IMG/VR virus record: IMGVR_UViG_3300025715_000001
Direction: 5' to 3' (one strand)
Origin: a virus
Length of the DNA: 64,000 bases
Part shown: piece after piece, positions 15,162 to 24,421 of the stretch
Numbering within the stretch: position 1 is the first letter of the stretch
Layout of the letters: every line of letters begins with the position of its first letter
The notes under the pieces: model-generated
Told to the model about the DNA's origin: nothing
Databases searched by the model: none
Seen by the model: only the letters and a program-made list of their open reading frames with translations
Position numbers and translations under genes: made by a program

Positions 15162-15977
15162 TCAACCATGGCCCGCTTCCCCGAACACGCCGGAACTCAA
15201 CCCGTGCTCCCCGCCGACCAGCAGATCCAGCAGCACCTCGATACGGACGCGGCGGTGATCCCAGACGCGCGGATGCTGAACGAGGAACTTCCGCACCGCT
15301 GGCATCGTAATCTGGTACTGCAACCGCCGTGTTTCCAGGTCATCCGCGCACGCTTCGCTGGCAATCCCGACTCCGCGATCTGCCTTTAGCCAGCCTTTCT
15401 CAATCCACTGCGCCACCGATTTACTCGCGATGCCCAGCATTTTTCCGACCTCGCTGGCGCTGTACCAGGGGCGATTCCAGCCGAGTTGCAATTCCCCTAC
15501 CCGATCCGCGACCGCGGATAGCGACCGCTGAAAACCGGCCTGATGCAACCGCCGATGCAGCGTGCTGAGCGCGTAGCCCCGTTCGATGCCGTCGCGCAAA
15601 AGGTCAATTTCAGCGTCCGTCCAGCGGCGCCAGGGCTGTTCTGCCACCCGTCGCACGCCCAGCATCCCCGCCCGCCATTTCAACCAACTGACCTCGCGGT
15701 CTACTTCCCGCGCCAGCCGTTTCAATTCCGGCTTGGGCTGGCGGTAGGCGCGTTTGATCGCCGCGTCAATCCACTCGGAGGATTCCTGCCGGCGATGCGG
15801 CATCCGACCGGCAATCCGCAACCGCAGCGCCCCGGCTTTCCCCTTGATCGAGTTTTTACTACGCTGCGGCAAAGCCGCCTGCGCGGCGGCCAGACCGCCC
15901 TTGGGCCACGCCGCTTTGAGCGCCTCCATCTCCCAGTCCTGCCAGGGAGTTTTCACCGCGCCCGGTTTACCCGCCAT
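15162..15977 (-). CDS. putative DNA-binding protein (Myb/SANT-like W-repeats + HTH)
   Basis: Repeated W..W/E..L segments, and an HTH-like YSASEVGKMLGIASKSVAQWIEKGWL. Confidence 0.5.
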   Translation of the reverse strand: MAGKPGAVKTPWQDWEMEALKAAWPKGGLAAAQAALPQRSKNSIKGKAGALRLRIAGRMPHRRQESSEWIDAAIKRAYRQPKPELKRLAREVDREVSWLKWRAGMLGVRRVAEQPWRRWTDAEIDLLRDGIERGYALSTLHRRLHQAGFQRSLSAVADRVGELQLGWNRPWYSASEVGKMLGIASKSVAQWIEKGWLKADRGVGIASEACADDLETRRLQYQITMPAVRKFLVQHPRVWDHRRVRIEVLLDLLVGGEHGLSSGVFGEAGHG

Positions 15978-16171
15978 TACTCAGTCTCCAGTTCCAGCCG
16001 GTCCATGGCCTGTTGAATACATTCGCACAGCGGCCCGATGTCGCTAAGCGCCACCAAGGCATCCATCGTCAATTTGGCCATGCCGCGGTCAAACGCGCGC
16101 AGCGTGAACAGCGTGCGGTCGTCGTCGTCGCTGTCCACGCCGATCACTTCCATCGTGTAGAGCTTGATCAT
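15977..16171 (-). CDS. hypothetical small acidic protein
   Basis: 64-aa ORF, tightly packed with its neighbours. Confidence 0.4.
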   Translation of the reverse strand: MIKLYTMEVIGVDSDDDDRTLFTLRAFDRGMAKLTMDALVALSDIGPLCECIQQAMDRLELETE

Positions 16172-16368
16172 GCCTCACCCTCAAACTCGCCATCCCAGAC
16201 GTAGCCCAGCCCGGTTTCCGCGTTCGTTTCCGGCAGCGGCGGCGGCTGGTAGAACGCGCAGTCCAGGGCGTGTGGGAAACAGGATTGAGATAACGCGCAA
16301 TCCACTTCCCAGAAGCTCGGCCCCTTCTGGGCGCGGCGGTAGTGACAGCACAGGAAACAGGCAGTCAT
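16168..16368 (-). CDS. hypothetical Cys-rich small protein
   Basis: MTACFLCCHY... The ATG overlaps the upstream stop (ATGA). Confidence 0.4.
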   Translation of the reverse strand: MTACFLCCHYRRAQKGPSFWEVDCALSQSCFPHALDCAFYQPPPLPETNAETGLGYVWDGEFEGEA

Positions 16369-16571
16369 CGCGCCTCCTTTCGGCGTTGCTCTTGTTGGAC
16401 ACACACCCGGCATTTGCGAATCTTCAGGTTGTCCACGGTCAGCGGTACGGTCGTTTCGTTTAAATCCCGCGCGAACAACCGCCCGCAGGCGGTCTGCCAC
16501 AGCCGCCCCGAGATCGGCGCCCACAGATGCGCGGCGCCAGGGCGAACGCGGAAATAGCGCCAGGTGGTCAT
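16365..16571 (-). CDS. hypothetical small protein
   Basis: 68-aa ORF with 4-nt overlaps on both sides. Confidence 0.4.
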   Translation of the reverse strand: MTTWRYFRVRPGAAHLWAPISGRLWQTACGRLFARDLNETTVPLTVDNLKIRKCRVCVQQEQRRKEAR

Positions 16572-17626
16572 GCGGCTTCCCCGCGAATCACCGAAAGGGC
16601 GGGCTTGGTATCGCCGACGAAATGCTCAATCGCCGCCGCGCCCTGCCGCAACATATCGGCCAGCGCGTGCCATTGCCGGAGTTCGTGGTCGCGGTCAATA
16701 ACCTCGCCGAATCCTTCCAGATTGGCTGCCAGCAACGCCATGGACACACGGGCGTTTTCAATGGTGTCCAAATGCACCTTCAATTCCCGCTGTTGCATGG
16801 AGTAGCGATCAATCTGGGTTTGCAATCCAGACAACAGCGTTTCGGATTGCCGCACCTTGCGGTCTATTTCAGCCAGTTCTGATTCACGCTCTTTCAGCTT
16901 GGCGACGACTTGTTGCTGAACCAATTCGCGCTGCTGTTGCTTCAGTTCCGCCAGATCACTGCGTAAATCCCGCTCGGTTTGCTTGAGGTGCTCGTAGTCA
17001 TCCGGGACCACGATGACCTTTTCCGGTTCGGGGACGACGGTCGCAAGATGGTTGATTTCCTGAGTGGCCTGCTCAAGCCGATCTTGCATCATGCGGTCGC
17101 GGATCGTGAGCAGGTCGATTTTCTCTTCGAGTTCCCGCACCTTCTTGCGCTGTTCGTTGGATTCCTCTTTCCATTCGCCGGCGCGTTGAGTCTCGACGCC
17201 AAGCTGTTGCTCGGCAAACTCGCGGGCCTGGCGCTCGGCTTCCGCCTTGGCTTCCGCCGCTTCGCGTGCCTGTCGTTCCGCCTCCACGTCAAGCAGCGTG
17301 CCTTGCTCGGCTTCTGGCTCCTTATCGGACAGCAGTTCGAGGGCGGCGCGGATAGAGGGGGCGACAGTCAAATTAAAATCGCGGTTATAATTTGCCGCGA
17401 GTTTCATGTATTTGCTGGCTGTTGGTTGTGAAAACCCAATCGCCCCTGATTCCTGCTGCTGTTTCAACCACGGCAACCACTCGCCATGATTCAGGCTAGC
17501 CTTGACCTGCAACAACATCAGCCCGCAATTCGTGGCGTGTTGAACGGCTTCGCTGGCCTTGCTATTCGCCAGCCGGTGTTCAAGGTTGATTTGTTCGACG
17601 GTGGGAAGCTGAATCAAATCGTTCAT
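16568..17626 (-). CDS. DUF3102-like coiled-coil protein
   Basis: N-terminal INLEHR...A..A...CG..L..VK..L.HGEWLPWL....S.PTASKYMKLA, followed by a long E/Q/R coiled coil. Confidence 0.65.
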   Translation of the reverse strand: MNDLIQLPTVEQINLEHRLANSKASEAVQHATNCGLMLLQVKASLNHGEWLPWLKQQQESGAIGFSQPTASKYMKLAANYNRDFNLTVAPSIRAALELLSDKEPEAEQGTLLDVEAERQAREAAEAKAEAERQAREFAEQQLGVETQRAGEWKEESNEQRKKVRELEEKIDLLTIRDRMMQDRLEQATQEINHLATVVPEPEKVIVVPDDYEHLKQTERDLRSDLAELKQQQRELVQQQVVAKLKERESELAEIDRKVRQSETLLSGLQTQIDRYSMQQRELKVHLDTIENARVSMALLAANLEGFGEVIDRDHELRQWHALADMLRQGAAAIEHFVGDTKPALSVIRGEAA

Positions 17627-17799
17627 AGCGTTTTCGCCTTCTCGAATTCGGCATAGGTGGCTTGGCGGATTTCGGCGCGCAGCATCAGGCCCGCCACGCC
17701 ATTGCGAATCGCCTTGGCGGCGCGCACATTCGCCAGTGCATAGAGCAGCGAGCGTTCTGGATCACCGTCCAGGTCCTTGACGCTCTTAATACCGAACAT
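17623..17799 (-). CDS. hypothetical 58-aa protein (below the track cutoff)
   Basis: AAGGAA SD, then the ATG at 17799. The stop overlaps the next ATG. Confidence 0.4.
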   Translation of the reverse strand: MFGIKSVKDLDGDPERSLLYALANVRAAKAIRNGVAGLMLRAEIRQATYAEFEKAKTL

Positions 17800-17964
17800 C
17801 CGGTTCCTTGGAATCCGCGAAGTGAGTCATGGATGACGAACGACCCGGCGGGTCGAAGAAGGGATTGCGTAGGGCACGGGACGCGCCAGCCATCCGGCGA
17901 TGCGCGTCCACCCGGAGCGGCCCGTCCCGCCGTTCTTAAAAAGCCGTCGCCGCCGTCTTTTTCG

Positions 17965-19257
17965 TTACGCTGTTGCATAGTCGAATCCATCGTTGCGCTG
18001 AATCAGGGTGAAGTGTTTGTAGCTGGCCCCTACGGTTCCCGCTGCGGTTTTGATGTCCAGCGTTCCCGTGGCGCGAATTCCGGTGAGCCGGGCAACATAA
18101 CTTCCGGCATATTTGCCTTTCGGCATGTGGAGTTTCACGATGTCCCCGGTTGAAAACCCATGGACTCGTTTGATGCGCCCGGCATTACCGCGTGGAAATC
18201 CGAACCGGTCGGTGCGCACTACTTGATGCGTTCCGCGCCCCTTGGCGGTGATAACCAGCGGCTTCATGCCGTCTCGAATCGAAACCATCTCGCCCGATTC
18301 CGCCACGCATACGGCGTCAATCCAGTGGTCTTTTGCGTAGCCTTGCCGAGTCCGGTTGAACTTGGTGCGCCCGCCGCTTCCGGTGGTGACGGGTAGCCAC
18401 GCTTTCAGGCGATTGACCAATGCCCATCGGCTGGCATTCACCGCCGCCGCGTCTTTCAGCGGCGCTTTGGCTTGCGCCTTGATCTTGCGGAGTATCTCCG
18501 GCTTGTCTTTGAGAAATTCATCAATCGGGCGACTGCTCTTGCGCTGATTGCAGGGGTGACAAGCCAGAGCCAGATTGGATATCCGGTTGCTCCCACCCGC
18601 CGCTTTGGGCTGGATATGCTCGACCTGCAACGGCACGTCCTTCTTACCACAATAGGCACAGGTGCGATGCCATTTTTCGAGCAGATATTCCCGAACTTCG
18701 TAGCCGGCCAATTCGCCCTGCTGATACTCGGTTCCGCTGACTTCCGGGTTGACCATCGCCTGCATGTCGAACTTGACCAGTTCAACCGTCGCCTCGGTGA
18801 TGGGGCAACGCGCCGCCAACTTGCGAATGACGGACTCGGTATTGACCACCCGCGATTCAATGGACGGCGGTAGCCAGCCGGTAGTGCGCGTGCGGTTCAA
18901 AAACCGGGCTGGCCGATAGCGAGTCTTGCGCCCGCGCCGTCCTCGGCGTAATGAGCGGCGAGATTCAAGGCTGTTCTTGATCGCCTGTCCGCGATGATTC
19001 AAGTTCGAGCCGAACAGTACCACCGCGCCCTGCTGCTCGAAGTGGCCGACCAGGGCGATGCCGGTCGTTTTGCTGCCCGGATCAATTTTGACTTCAACCG
19101 GCTGTATGTCGCCATCGGCCCGGTCTTTCAGAATGATGGTGAACGGATGCAACCGATAGACGGCGGCTTTGCCCGCCGTCAACAACTTGCGCGCCCGCGC
19201 TGGTCGGCAGGGCATCAAGGGCTTCTTCGTGTTGCTCAAGACAAAAACGGAATTCAT
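17965..19257 (-). CDS. iscB: IscB, OMEGA-family RNA-guided nuclease (PLMP + RuvC + bridge helix + HNH)
   Basis: KKPLMPCRPARARKLL (PLMP), KIDPGSKTTGIAL (RuvC-I), RRSLRRGRRGRKTRYRPARF (Arg-rich helix), CAYCG..LQVEHIQPKAAGGSNRISNLALACHPCNQRK (HNH), DHWIDAVCVA (RuvC-III). ATG at 19257. Confidence 0.85.
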   Translation of the reverse strand: MNSVFVLSNTKKPLMPCRPARARKLLTAGKAAVYRLHPFTIILKDRADGDIQPVEVKIDPGSKTTGIALVGHFEQQGAVVLFGSNLNHRGQAIKNSLESRRSLRRGRRGRKTRYRPARFLNRTRTTGWLPPSIESRVVNTESVIRKLAARCPITEATVELVKFDMQAMVNPEVSGTEYQQGELAGYEVREYLLEKWHRTCAYCGKKDVPLQVEHIQPKAAGGSNRISNLALACHPCNQRKSSRPIDEFLKDKPEILRKIKAQAKAPLKDAAAVNASRWALVNRLKAWLPVTTGSGGRTKFNRTRQGYAKDHWIDAVCVAESGEMVSIRDGMKPLVITAKGRGTHQVVRTDRFGFPRGNAGRIKRVHGFSTGDIVKLHMPKGKYAGSYVARLTGIRATGTLDIKTAAGTVGASYKHFTLIQRNDGFDYATA

Positions 19258-19520
19258 GGGTTTACACCCTCTCGAAAATCGGTAACGGTCATCTCGCAGG
19301 GAGTGCAACGGTCGTTCAGTCGCAGCGTTCGCGCATTCACCACGTCGCGCAGCATCGCTTTTGACGACAGGGCTTGAGACTGATGAAGCATCTCAAGGTG
19401 TCTCGCTTTCGCTTCACGTTGCATCGTCTACTCTCTGATTAGAAAGTCTGCTGGTTGAGTCTCATGCGGATTTGGGGCTGTCAGGGATGACAGTCACAAA
19501 CCCGCACGGCGGCGACTCAA
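19258..19520 (-). ncRNA. candidate IscB omega-RNA (structured 5' region); ends uncertain
   Basis: Minus-strand helices GGUUGAGUC...GACUCAACC enclosing CUGUCA-UCCC-UGACAG, and CUUGAGA-UGCUUCAUCA-GUCUCAAG. The position immediately 5' of iscB is as expected for IscB systems. Confidence 0.5.
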
Positions 19521-19704
19521 CCATTCGGGCAAGGTGCGCCCAGGCACGGAAAACCAGCGCCCGTTACTGATGAAGGCTATGCGGTTCATGAGCGCCAACC
19601 CAGTCGGCGGCGGCGCAGCACGTCGCGGGTGATGTCCGCGACAATCAGGCGGTGCAGGCGCCGGCGCAGGGCGCGCCGATAAAAGTCAGCGAGATCGCCC
19701 ACAG

Positions 19705-19920
19705 TCACGCCGCTCGCTCAACCAATCCGGCGCATTCCGTACCAATTTCATGGGCCGTGACCTGGCCATGGGTCGCCCGTTCGATGGCTACCGCATGGCG
19801 GGCTAACAGTTGCGTCGAGCCAGCTTTCCACAAATGCACCGCCTGCTGGCTCACCCCCACCTGGTCGGCGAGCGCCTTGGCGCCGCCGCAAATTTCAATC
19901 GCGCGTTTGATCGTGTTCAT
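19705..19920 (-). CDS. Cro/YdaS-like HTH regulator
   Basis: 71 aa. AIEICGGAKALADQVGVSQQAVHLWK is a YdaS/Cro-type HTH. It is the first gene of the leftward arm. Confidence 0.7.
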   Translation of the reverse strand: MNTIKRAIEICGGAKALADQVGVSQQAVHLWKAGSTQLLARHAVAIERATHGQVTAHEIGTECAGLVERAA

Positions 19921-19967
19921 AACTAATCAGCATATAAGCTGGCTTGCCGGGGTGCAATCCCCCTTGC

Positions 19968-19996
19968 TTGACACTAAAGCTTGCTTTAGTAGTCTG
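19968..19996 (+). promoter_or_regulatory. sigma70-like promoter (TTGACA, 16-17 nt, TAGTCT) overlapped by an 18-bp palindrome
   Basis: TTGACA at 19968-19973. The palindrome ACTAAAGC-TT-GCTTTAGT at 19973-19990 is a likely operator. Confidence 0.4.
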
Positions 19997-20178
19997 ATTC
20001 ATCAGATGTGAGGGCGCGCGTTGGTTTGCGTCTATTTGCGCAAGAGGTATTGATAATATGCAAGTTGGCTTGTATATTCATCGTGCGGTCGTAAGACCGT
20101 ACCTAAGCCGGATCGTAGAGCATTGCTCGTATCGGTCTTTTTGGGGATGTTCCCCTTAGTAAGTTGGAGCAGTTATTT

Positions 20179-21153
20179 ATGGCTGAAAACCTCGTTGTTT
20201 CTCTTCCCAAAACCAGCCGCCTGGACGATGCGATCAAGGATGTCATTAGCGGCCTGGTGCAGAAAGCTCAGCCTGCCGATCTGGTTGATACTGAGAAGCT
20301 GGTCGCCAATCAGAACATGCGGGTCGAAGTTATTCGCCCAATCGTTGCGGCGCTGATCTTCGAGAAGCACAACCGCATCAATCGCCAGTTGACCCCCTCT
20401 CGCGTTTACGACTACCAGGACGCTATGAAGCGCGGTGAATGGAAGGTTCACCACCAGGGGATTGCGTTCTACTCCGATCATACGTTGGCCGACGGGCAGC
20501 ATCGCATGGCGGCCCTGGCGCTGGCCGGGCTGGAACTGCCCTTCTCCATTTATCCCAACTTTACCAAGGACGCCATTGACGCCATTGACCGCACCGTTCG
20601 CCGGACAGCGGGAGAAGCGTTGCAGATGATGGGGTATGAGGATGCCAAGGTTAAGGCGGCAGTCGCTAAAGGCGCGATGGAATACGCCTCCGAGTTGGAA
20701 TCCGGCAAGAAGCCGCGCTTTACGGACCCACAGATCGAACGCTTCGTGATCGACAACGATCATCGCCTGTCCGAAGCGGTACGGATCGGGCGCGAATCGT
20801 TGAAAAACGTTTCCGATGCGTGTCTGGGCGAGGGCGAGGCGGCGCTGCTGTCCCAGTTGATGATCATGGGCGGCTATCCGGTGTTCCACGTGGTCGGGTT
20901 TATCTCCAGCATCCAACAGGGCGTCGCTACCTACCCTGAGTCACCGACCGTTGACCTGTCGCGGCAGTTCGTCAAGGCCAAATTTTCCGACAACAGCAAA
21001 GATCGCCTGAACAAGAAGGAGAAGATGGCGCTGGCGTTGAAGGGAGCGGCCTTGTGGACTGAGGGTAAGTCGGTCGCGCGGGTCAAGTGGAATCCGGTCA
21101 AGGAGACCCTGCCTACCAATCGCCCGCCGATTGAACTGAAAGCCGCCGCTTAA
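20179..21153 (+). CDS. ParB/Srx-superfamily protein (DGQHR-type)
   Basis: NR.....RV.DY..AM..GEW......I......LADGQHRMAAL. ATG at 20179 with an upstream GGAG. Confidence 0.6.
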   Translation: MAENLVVSLPKTSRLDDAIKDVISGLVQKAQPADLVDTEKLVANQNMRVEVIRPIVAALIFEKHNRINRQLTPSRVYDYQDAMKRGEWKVHHQGIAFYSDHTLADGQHRMAALALAGLELPFSIYPNFTKDAIDAIDRTVRRTAGEALQMMGYEDAKVKAAVAKGAMEYASELESGKKPRFTDPQIERFVIDNDHRLSEAVRIGRESLKNVSDACLGEGEAALLSQLMIMGGYPVFHVVGFISSIQQGVATYPESPTVDLSRQFVKAKFSDNSKDRLNKKEKMALALKGAALWTEGKSVARVKWNPVKETLPTNRPPIELKAAA

Positions 21154-21169
21154 CTTTTACCAGTAATCA

Positions 21170-21191
21170 GGGCCGGGAGACCGGCCCTTTT
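21170..21191 (+). terminator. rho-independent terminator
   Basis: GGGCCGG-GAGA-CCGGCCC + TTTT. Confidence 0.6.
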
Positions 21192-21207
21192 CCCATGGGG
21201 AATCGCA

Positions 21208-22563
21208 ATGAGCAACGTGATTGAAATGCAAGACCAGCGCCGGCGCATCGCGCAAGAAGCGTGGACCCGCATCAATACCCAGTCCAAGCGGTTGCGCGAG
21301 GATTGGCTAGTGGTGGGGGAATACCTGATCGACCTGCGCAAGCAGTATCCCGCCAATCAGGATTTTGGCCGGGAAGCGCGCCTGGTGTTTCGGGATATGG
21401 CTAGAAACGAGCGCGGGGCGGCGGTGTGGTGGGCCGAACTGGCGCCGCGCCATCGGGAGTTTTGCGCAGAGATGTGGCCGACCCTCAACAATCCGCGTGC
21501 CCTCCGCAGTTGGTTTAAGGAAGAGCAGGGGGAAGAGGATGACGGGATGGAGGAACCCATTCAGGAGCCAGAAATCGAGGCAGTGGCGTCGTCACATCAT
21601 GTGACAACGCCCGCAGTAGAGCAGTCGGAACCCGAAACCGTTGAAATCACCGAGAATAGCCCGGAAATCGAGGTGGAACAGGCTTCTGAAAAAGACGAAG
21701 AAGACCGAGAACAAGGGTCCAATCGTAAAAGCCCATTACACGATTACCTAACCGCTAAAGAAATCGAAACCCTCCATCGGTTTTATCCTAAGAGCCGGAC
21801 TCTTGGAACAAGAATGGCGATACGCATTTTGAAAAAAATGGCGGACGCTAAACAGATCAAAACTGTACGAGAACTGATCAAGGTAATTGACGCCAAATTT
21901 AAAGATAAAACCAATCAAATGAATATTGATGGCGATTATAAATCAGTCCTCAACGCCCGCATGATCCATTTTGAATTGCCCATCAAATTCGCCAACGTAT
22001 GGGAATTCGTTCCAGAGAAACCGGGCAAGATTTTTATGAAGATGCTCAACGATGCCGAGGAACTTTATCAAGTTGGCGAGGCGATCAAGCATATTCCGAG
22101 AACCAACATGCCCCAGCGCGAAGTAGAGTCCGCCAAGGTCTGGAATGCTTTGCATCGCGCGCCGATACCCTCCGCCAATTCCGATCATGGGGGAAACGAT
22201 CAACCGACAGAACCCGCCGAGATCGCCCCGCCCAGCCGTGAAGACCAGATCAAGATTTGCGGCGTTTCGTTCTGGCCGCAGACTGAGAACCAACCCAAAG
22301 CACCGTATCACGTAGTATGGGGTGCTGCGCATATCGTCGACGAGGTTTATCGAGAATTTCACTTGGCCTGCAAGATGCCAATAGAGGACGCCATCATGGC
22401 CGCTAAACAGCTTTGCCGGGCGTTGCGCCTGTTTAATCGGGAGGGCGGACAGCTTACCCTCGCCATGCTCACGGCCATGGCAAACCACAAAGAGTTGCTC
22501 AATGATCATACAGCCACTTCATGGCCGACGCATTCAGGCAAGCCGCCCGCGTTTGACGCCTAA
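21208..22563 (+). CDS. hypothetical protein with an acidic central region
   Basis: 451-aa ORF. No motif recognised. Confidence 0.55.
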   Translation: MSNVIEMQDQRRRIAQEAWTRINTQSKRLREDWLVVGEYLIDLRKQYPANQDFGREARLVFRDMARNERGAAVWWAELAPRHREFCAEMWPTLNNPRALRSWFKEEQGEEDDGMEEPIQEPEIEAVASSHHVTTPAVEQSEPETVEITENSPEIEVEQASEKDEEDREQGSNRKSPLHDYLTAKEIETLHRFYPKSRTLGTRMAIRILKKMADAKQIKTVRELIKVIDAKFKDKTNQMNIDGDYKSVLNARMIHFELPIKFANVWEFVPEKPGKIFMKMLNDAEELYQVGEAIKHIPRTNMPQREVESAKVWNALHRAPIPSANSDHGGNDQPTEPAEIAPPSREDQIKICGVSFWPQTENQPKAPYHVVWGAAHIVDEVYREFHLACKMPIEDAIMAAKQLCRALRLFNREGGQLTLAMLTAMANHKELLNDHTATSWPTHSGKPPAFDA

Positions 22564-22587
22564 CCTCACGCCCCCTCCCCGTTCCCA

Positions 22588-22610
22588 CCCGGCCCCGCGC
22601 CGGGTTTTTT
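22588..22610 (+). terminator. rho-independent terminator
   Basis: CCCGGC-CCCGC-GCCGGG + TTTTTT. Confidence 0.65.
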
Positions 22611-22783
22611 GTGTCTGTCGCTGCAATCTAGCTTGCATAAGCTCAAGTATGCTTGTATTATTCTCCTACCCCGTTGCCCTCCGGCCTTGAGTCCCCGGTC
22701 GGCGGCGGGGCACCTCCTTTTCGGCTTGGCGAGGCTTTTGGTGGGGCTGATGACCCAAGCCGTTTTTTCGGCCAGAGGTAGTT

Positions 22784-23191
22784 ATGAATCAAACCAGAGC
22801 GCAAGCCATAGCGGAAGGGGAAAAAACCTACTTTACAGGTAAGCCGTGTCCTCATGGACATATAGCAGAAAGAAGGACAAGGGATTGTTTTTGTGTTGAG
22901 TGTAGAAAAAATCATCAACGAATATATCAAAGAGCATATATAAAAGAATATGAAAGGAAAGATGATAGGAAACAATATTTTAAAGAATACGACAAACAAA
23001 GGGATGTATTAAAAAAATATGCTAGACAAAACACAAATAAGCTTTTATCCAAAGGAATAATCATTAAACAAAAATGCTTGAAATGCGGCGATTCTAATGT
23101 TGAAGCTCATCATCCAGATTACAACAAGCCTTTAGAAGTAATTTGGCTGTGCCGTATTCATCACGCGGAAATCCACCATCCGCTTATCTAA
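22784..23191 (+). CDS. HNH-type endonuclease-like protein on an AT-rich cassette
   Basis: C-terminal CLKCG....VEAHHPDYNKPLEVIWLCRIHHAEIH. The local GC content is far below its surroundings. Confidence 0.65.
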   Translation: MNQTRAQAIAEGEKTYFTGKPCPHGHIAERRTRDCFCVECRKNHQRIYQRAYIKEYERKDDRKQYFKEYDKQRDVLKKYARQNTNKLLSKGIIIKQKCLKCGDSNVEAHHPDYNKPLEVIWLCRIHHAEIHHPLI

Positions 23192-23200
23192 TGGTGGTTT

Positions 23201-23239
23201 CCTCTTCCGGCTTCGCCTTTTGGTCGGAAGGGGCTTTTT
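23201..23239 (+). terminator. rho-independent terminator
   Basis: CCUCUUCCG...CGGAAGGGG stem (one G-U pair), then C + TTTTT. Confidence 0.55.
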
Positions 23240-23252
23240 CAGGAGAGCAGTG

Positions 23253-23459
23253 ATGAACGAATCTCAGGCTCAAACCGGCGCTCTGCGCATCGGGCGCGGC
23301 GCCACCCTTCACCCGGCACGGAAAGACCGCTATGGAGTGACCGCCTTGTGCGGTTGCCCCAACACCCAGAACGGGTTTGGCGTCAACGGCGGGCAGTTTT
23401 TCGCCGGCCAGGCCCCCACCTGCAAACGCAGCCACAGCAAACAGGAGCAAGCGCAATGA
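23253..23459 (+). CDS. hypothetical small protein
   Basis: AGGAGA SD, ATG at 23253, and the stop overlaps the next ATG. Confidence 0.35.
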   Translation: MNESQAQTGALRIGRGATLHPARKDRYGVTALCGCPNTQNGFGVNGGQFFAGQAPTCKRSHSKQEQAQ

Positions 23460-23770
23460 ACGAATTTAAGACCGAACTTGAGTTCGCCGGCGAGACGCGC
23501 CAGGCGCGGGTGTTGTGGGGGGCTGTGTGGGGCGACATCTACCTGGGAAGAATAGAAATTTCCCTGGTCGTGGACGAGACGTACACGACCCTTGGGGTGT
23601 ACGACCCCCGCCCGATCACGATATGGCTGGACGTGACCGAGATCATCAGTGACCGCCAAGCGCTGGCGTTGACGAAGGCCATCAAAGCAGCGGCGGAAAA
23701 GGCGCGCGCCGAGGACTACCACGACTCGGACATGCAGGACTGGGAAGAGCGGTACGCCCGCGCCGCATGA
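23456..23770 (+). CDS. hypothetical protein
   Basis: AGGAG SD. Sequence MNEFKTELEFAGE... Confidence 0.5.
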   Translation: MNEFKTELEFAGETRQARVLWGAVWGDIYLGRIEISLVVDETYTTLGVYDPRPITIWLDVTEIISDRQALALTKAIKAAAEKARAEDYHDSDMQDWEERYARAA

Positions 23771-23989
23771 AAAAAGCCGCCTGGTGGTGACACACCGGGC
23801 GGCCTTGGAGAACGAGATGAAAATTCAGAAGCAGTATGTGTCATCCCGCGCCGCCGCGCAAGCCGCCGCGCTTCTGGCGACTCCAGCCCAGCCCCGGCAA
23901 CAGCGGGAAGCCCGGCGCCTGTTGCGGGCGTGGCAGAACCAGCAATCCCAACCGCGCCCCGTGGCGCGTTAATCCCAGAGGGCAACGAT

Positions 23990-24382
23990 ATGACCATCAT
24001 CAATTTGACCCAGCATCCCGCGACCGCCGAACAGATCGAGGCGGGAGTCCTTGATCTGTCCCCCGCTGACCGCGCGTTGTTGGCCTCGGCGCTCACGTTT
24101 GATGAAGCGCCTGATGAGGCAACGCTCGTGACTCGCGCCATCACCATCGCCCTGATGGCCGCTGGGCATTCCAGCGGTGCGCGCTCGGCCATGATCGGCG
24201 GTGCGCCCTATTTCATGCGCCCCCTGGAACAGGCGTTGTGGGATCAGAACATTCGCCCGCTCTACGCCTTTTCGATCCGGGAAAGTGTCGAACGCCCCCG
24301 CCCCAGCGGGGCTGTGGAGAAGGTTACCGTCTTTAGGCACGCCGGATTTGTCGGCGATGAGTTCATGGAAATCAGCCGTTAA
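23990..24382 (+). CDS. hypothetical protein
   Basis: MTIINLTQHPATAEQIEAGV... Conserved-looking phage protein of unknown function. Confidence 0.5.
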   Translation: MTIINLTQHPATAEQIEAGVLDLSPADRALLASALTFDEAPDEATLVTRAITIALMAAGHSSGARSAMIGGAPYFMRPLEQALWDQNIRPLYAFSIRESVERPRPSGAVEKVTVFRHAGFVGDEFMEISR

Positions 24383-24421
24383 TCACAGAGGCGCCCGCTG
24401 GCAACGGCGGGCGAGAAAATC

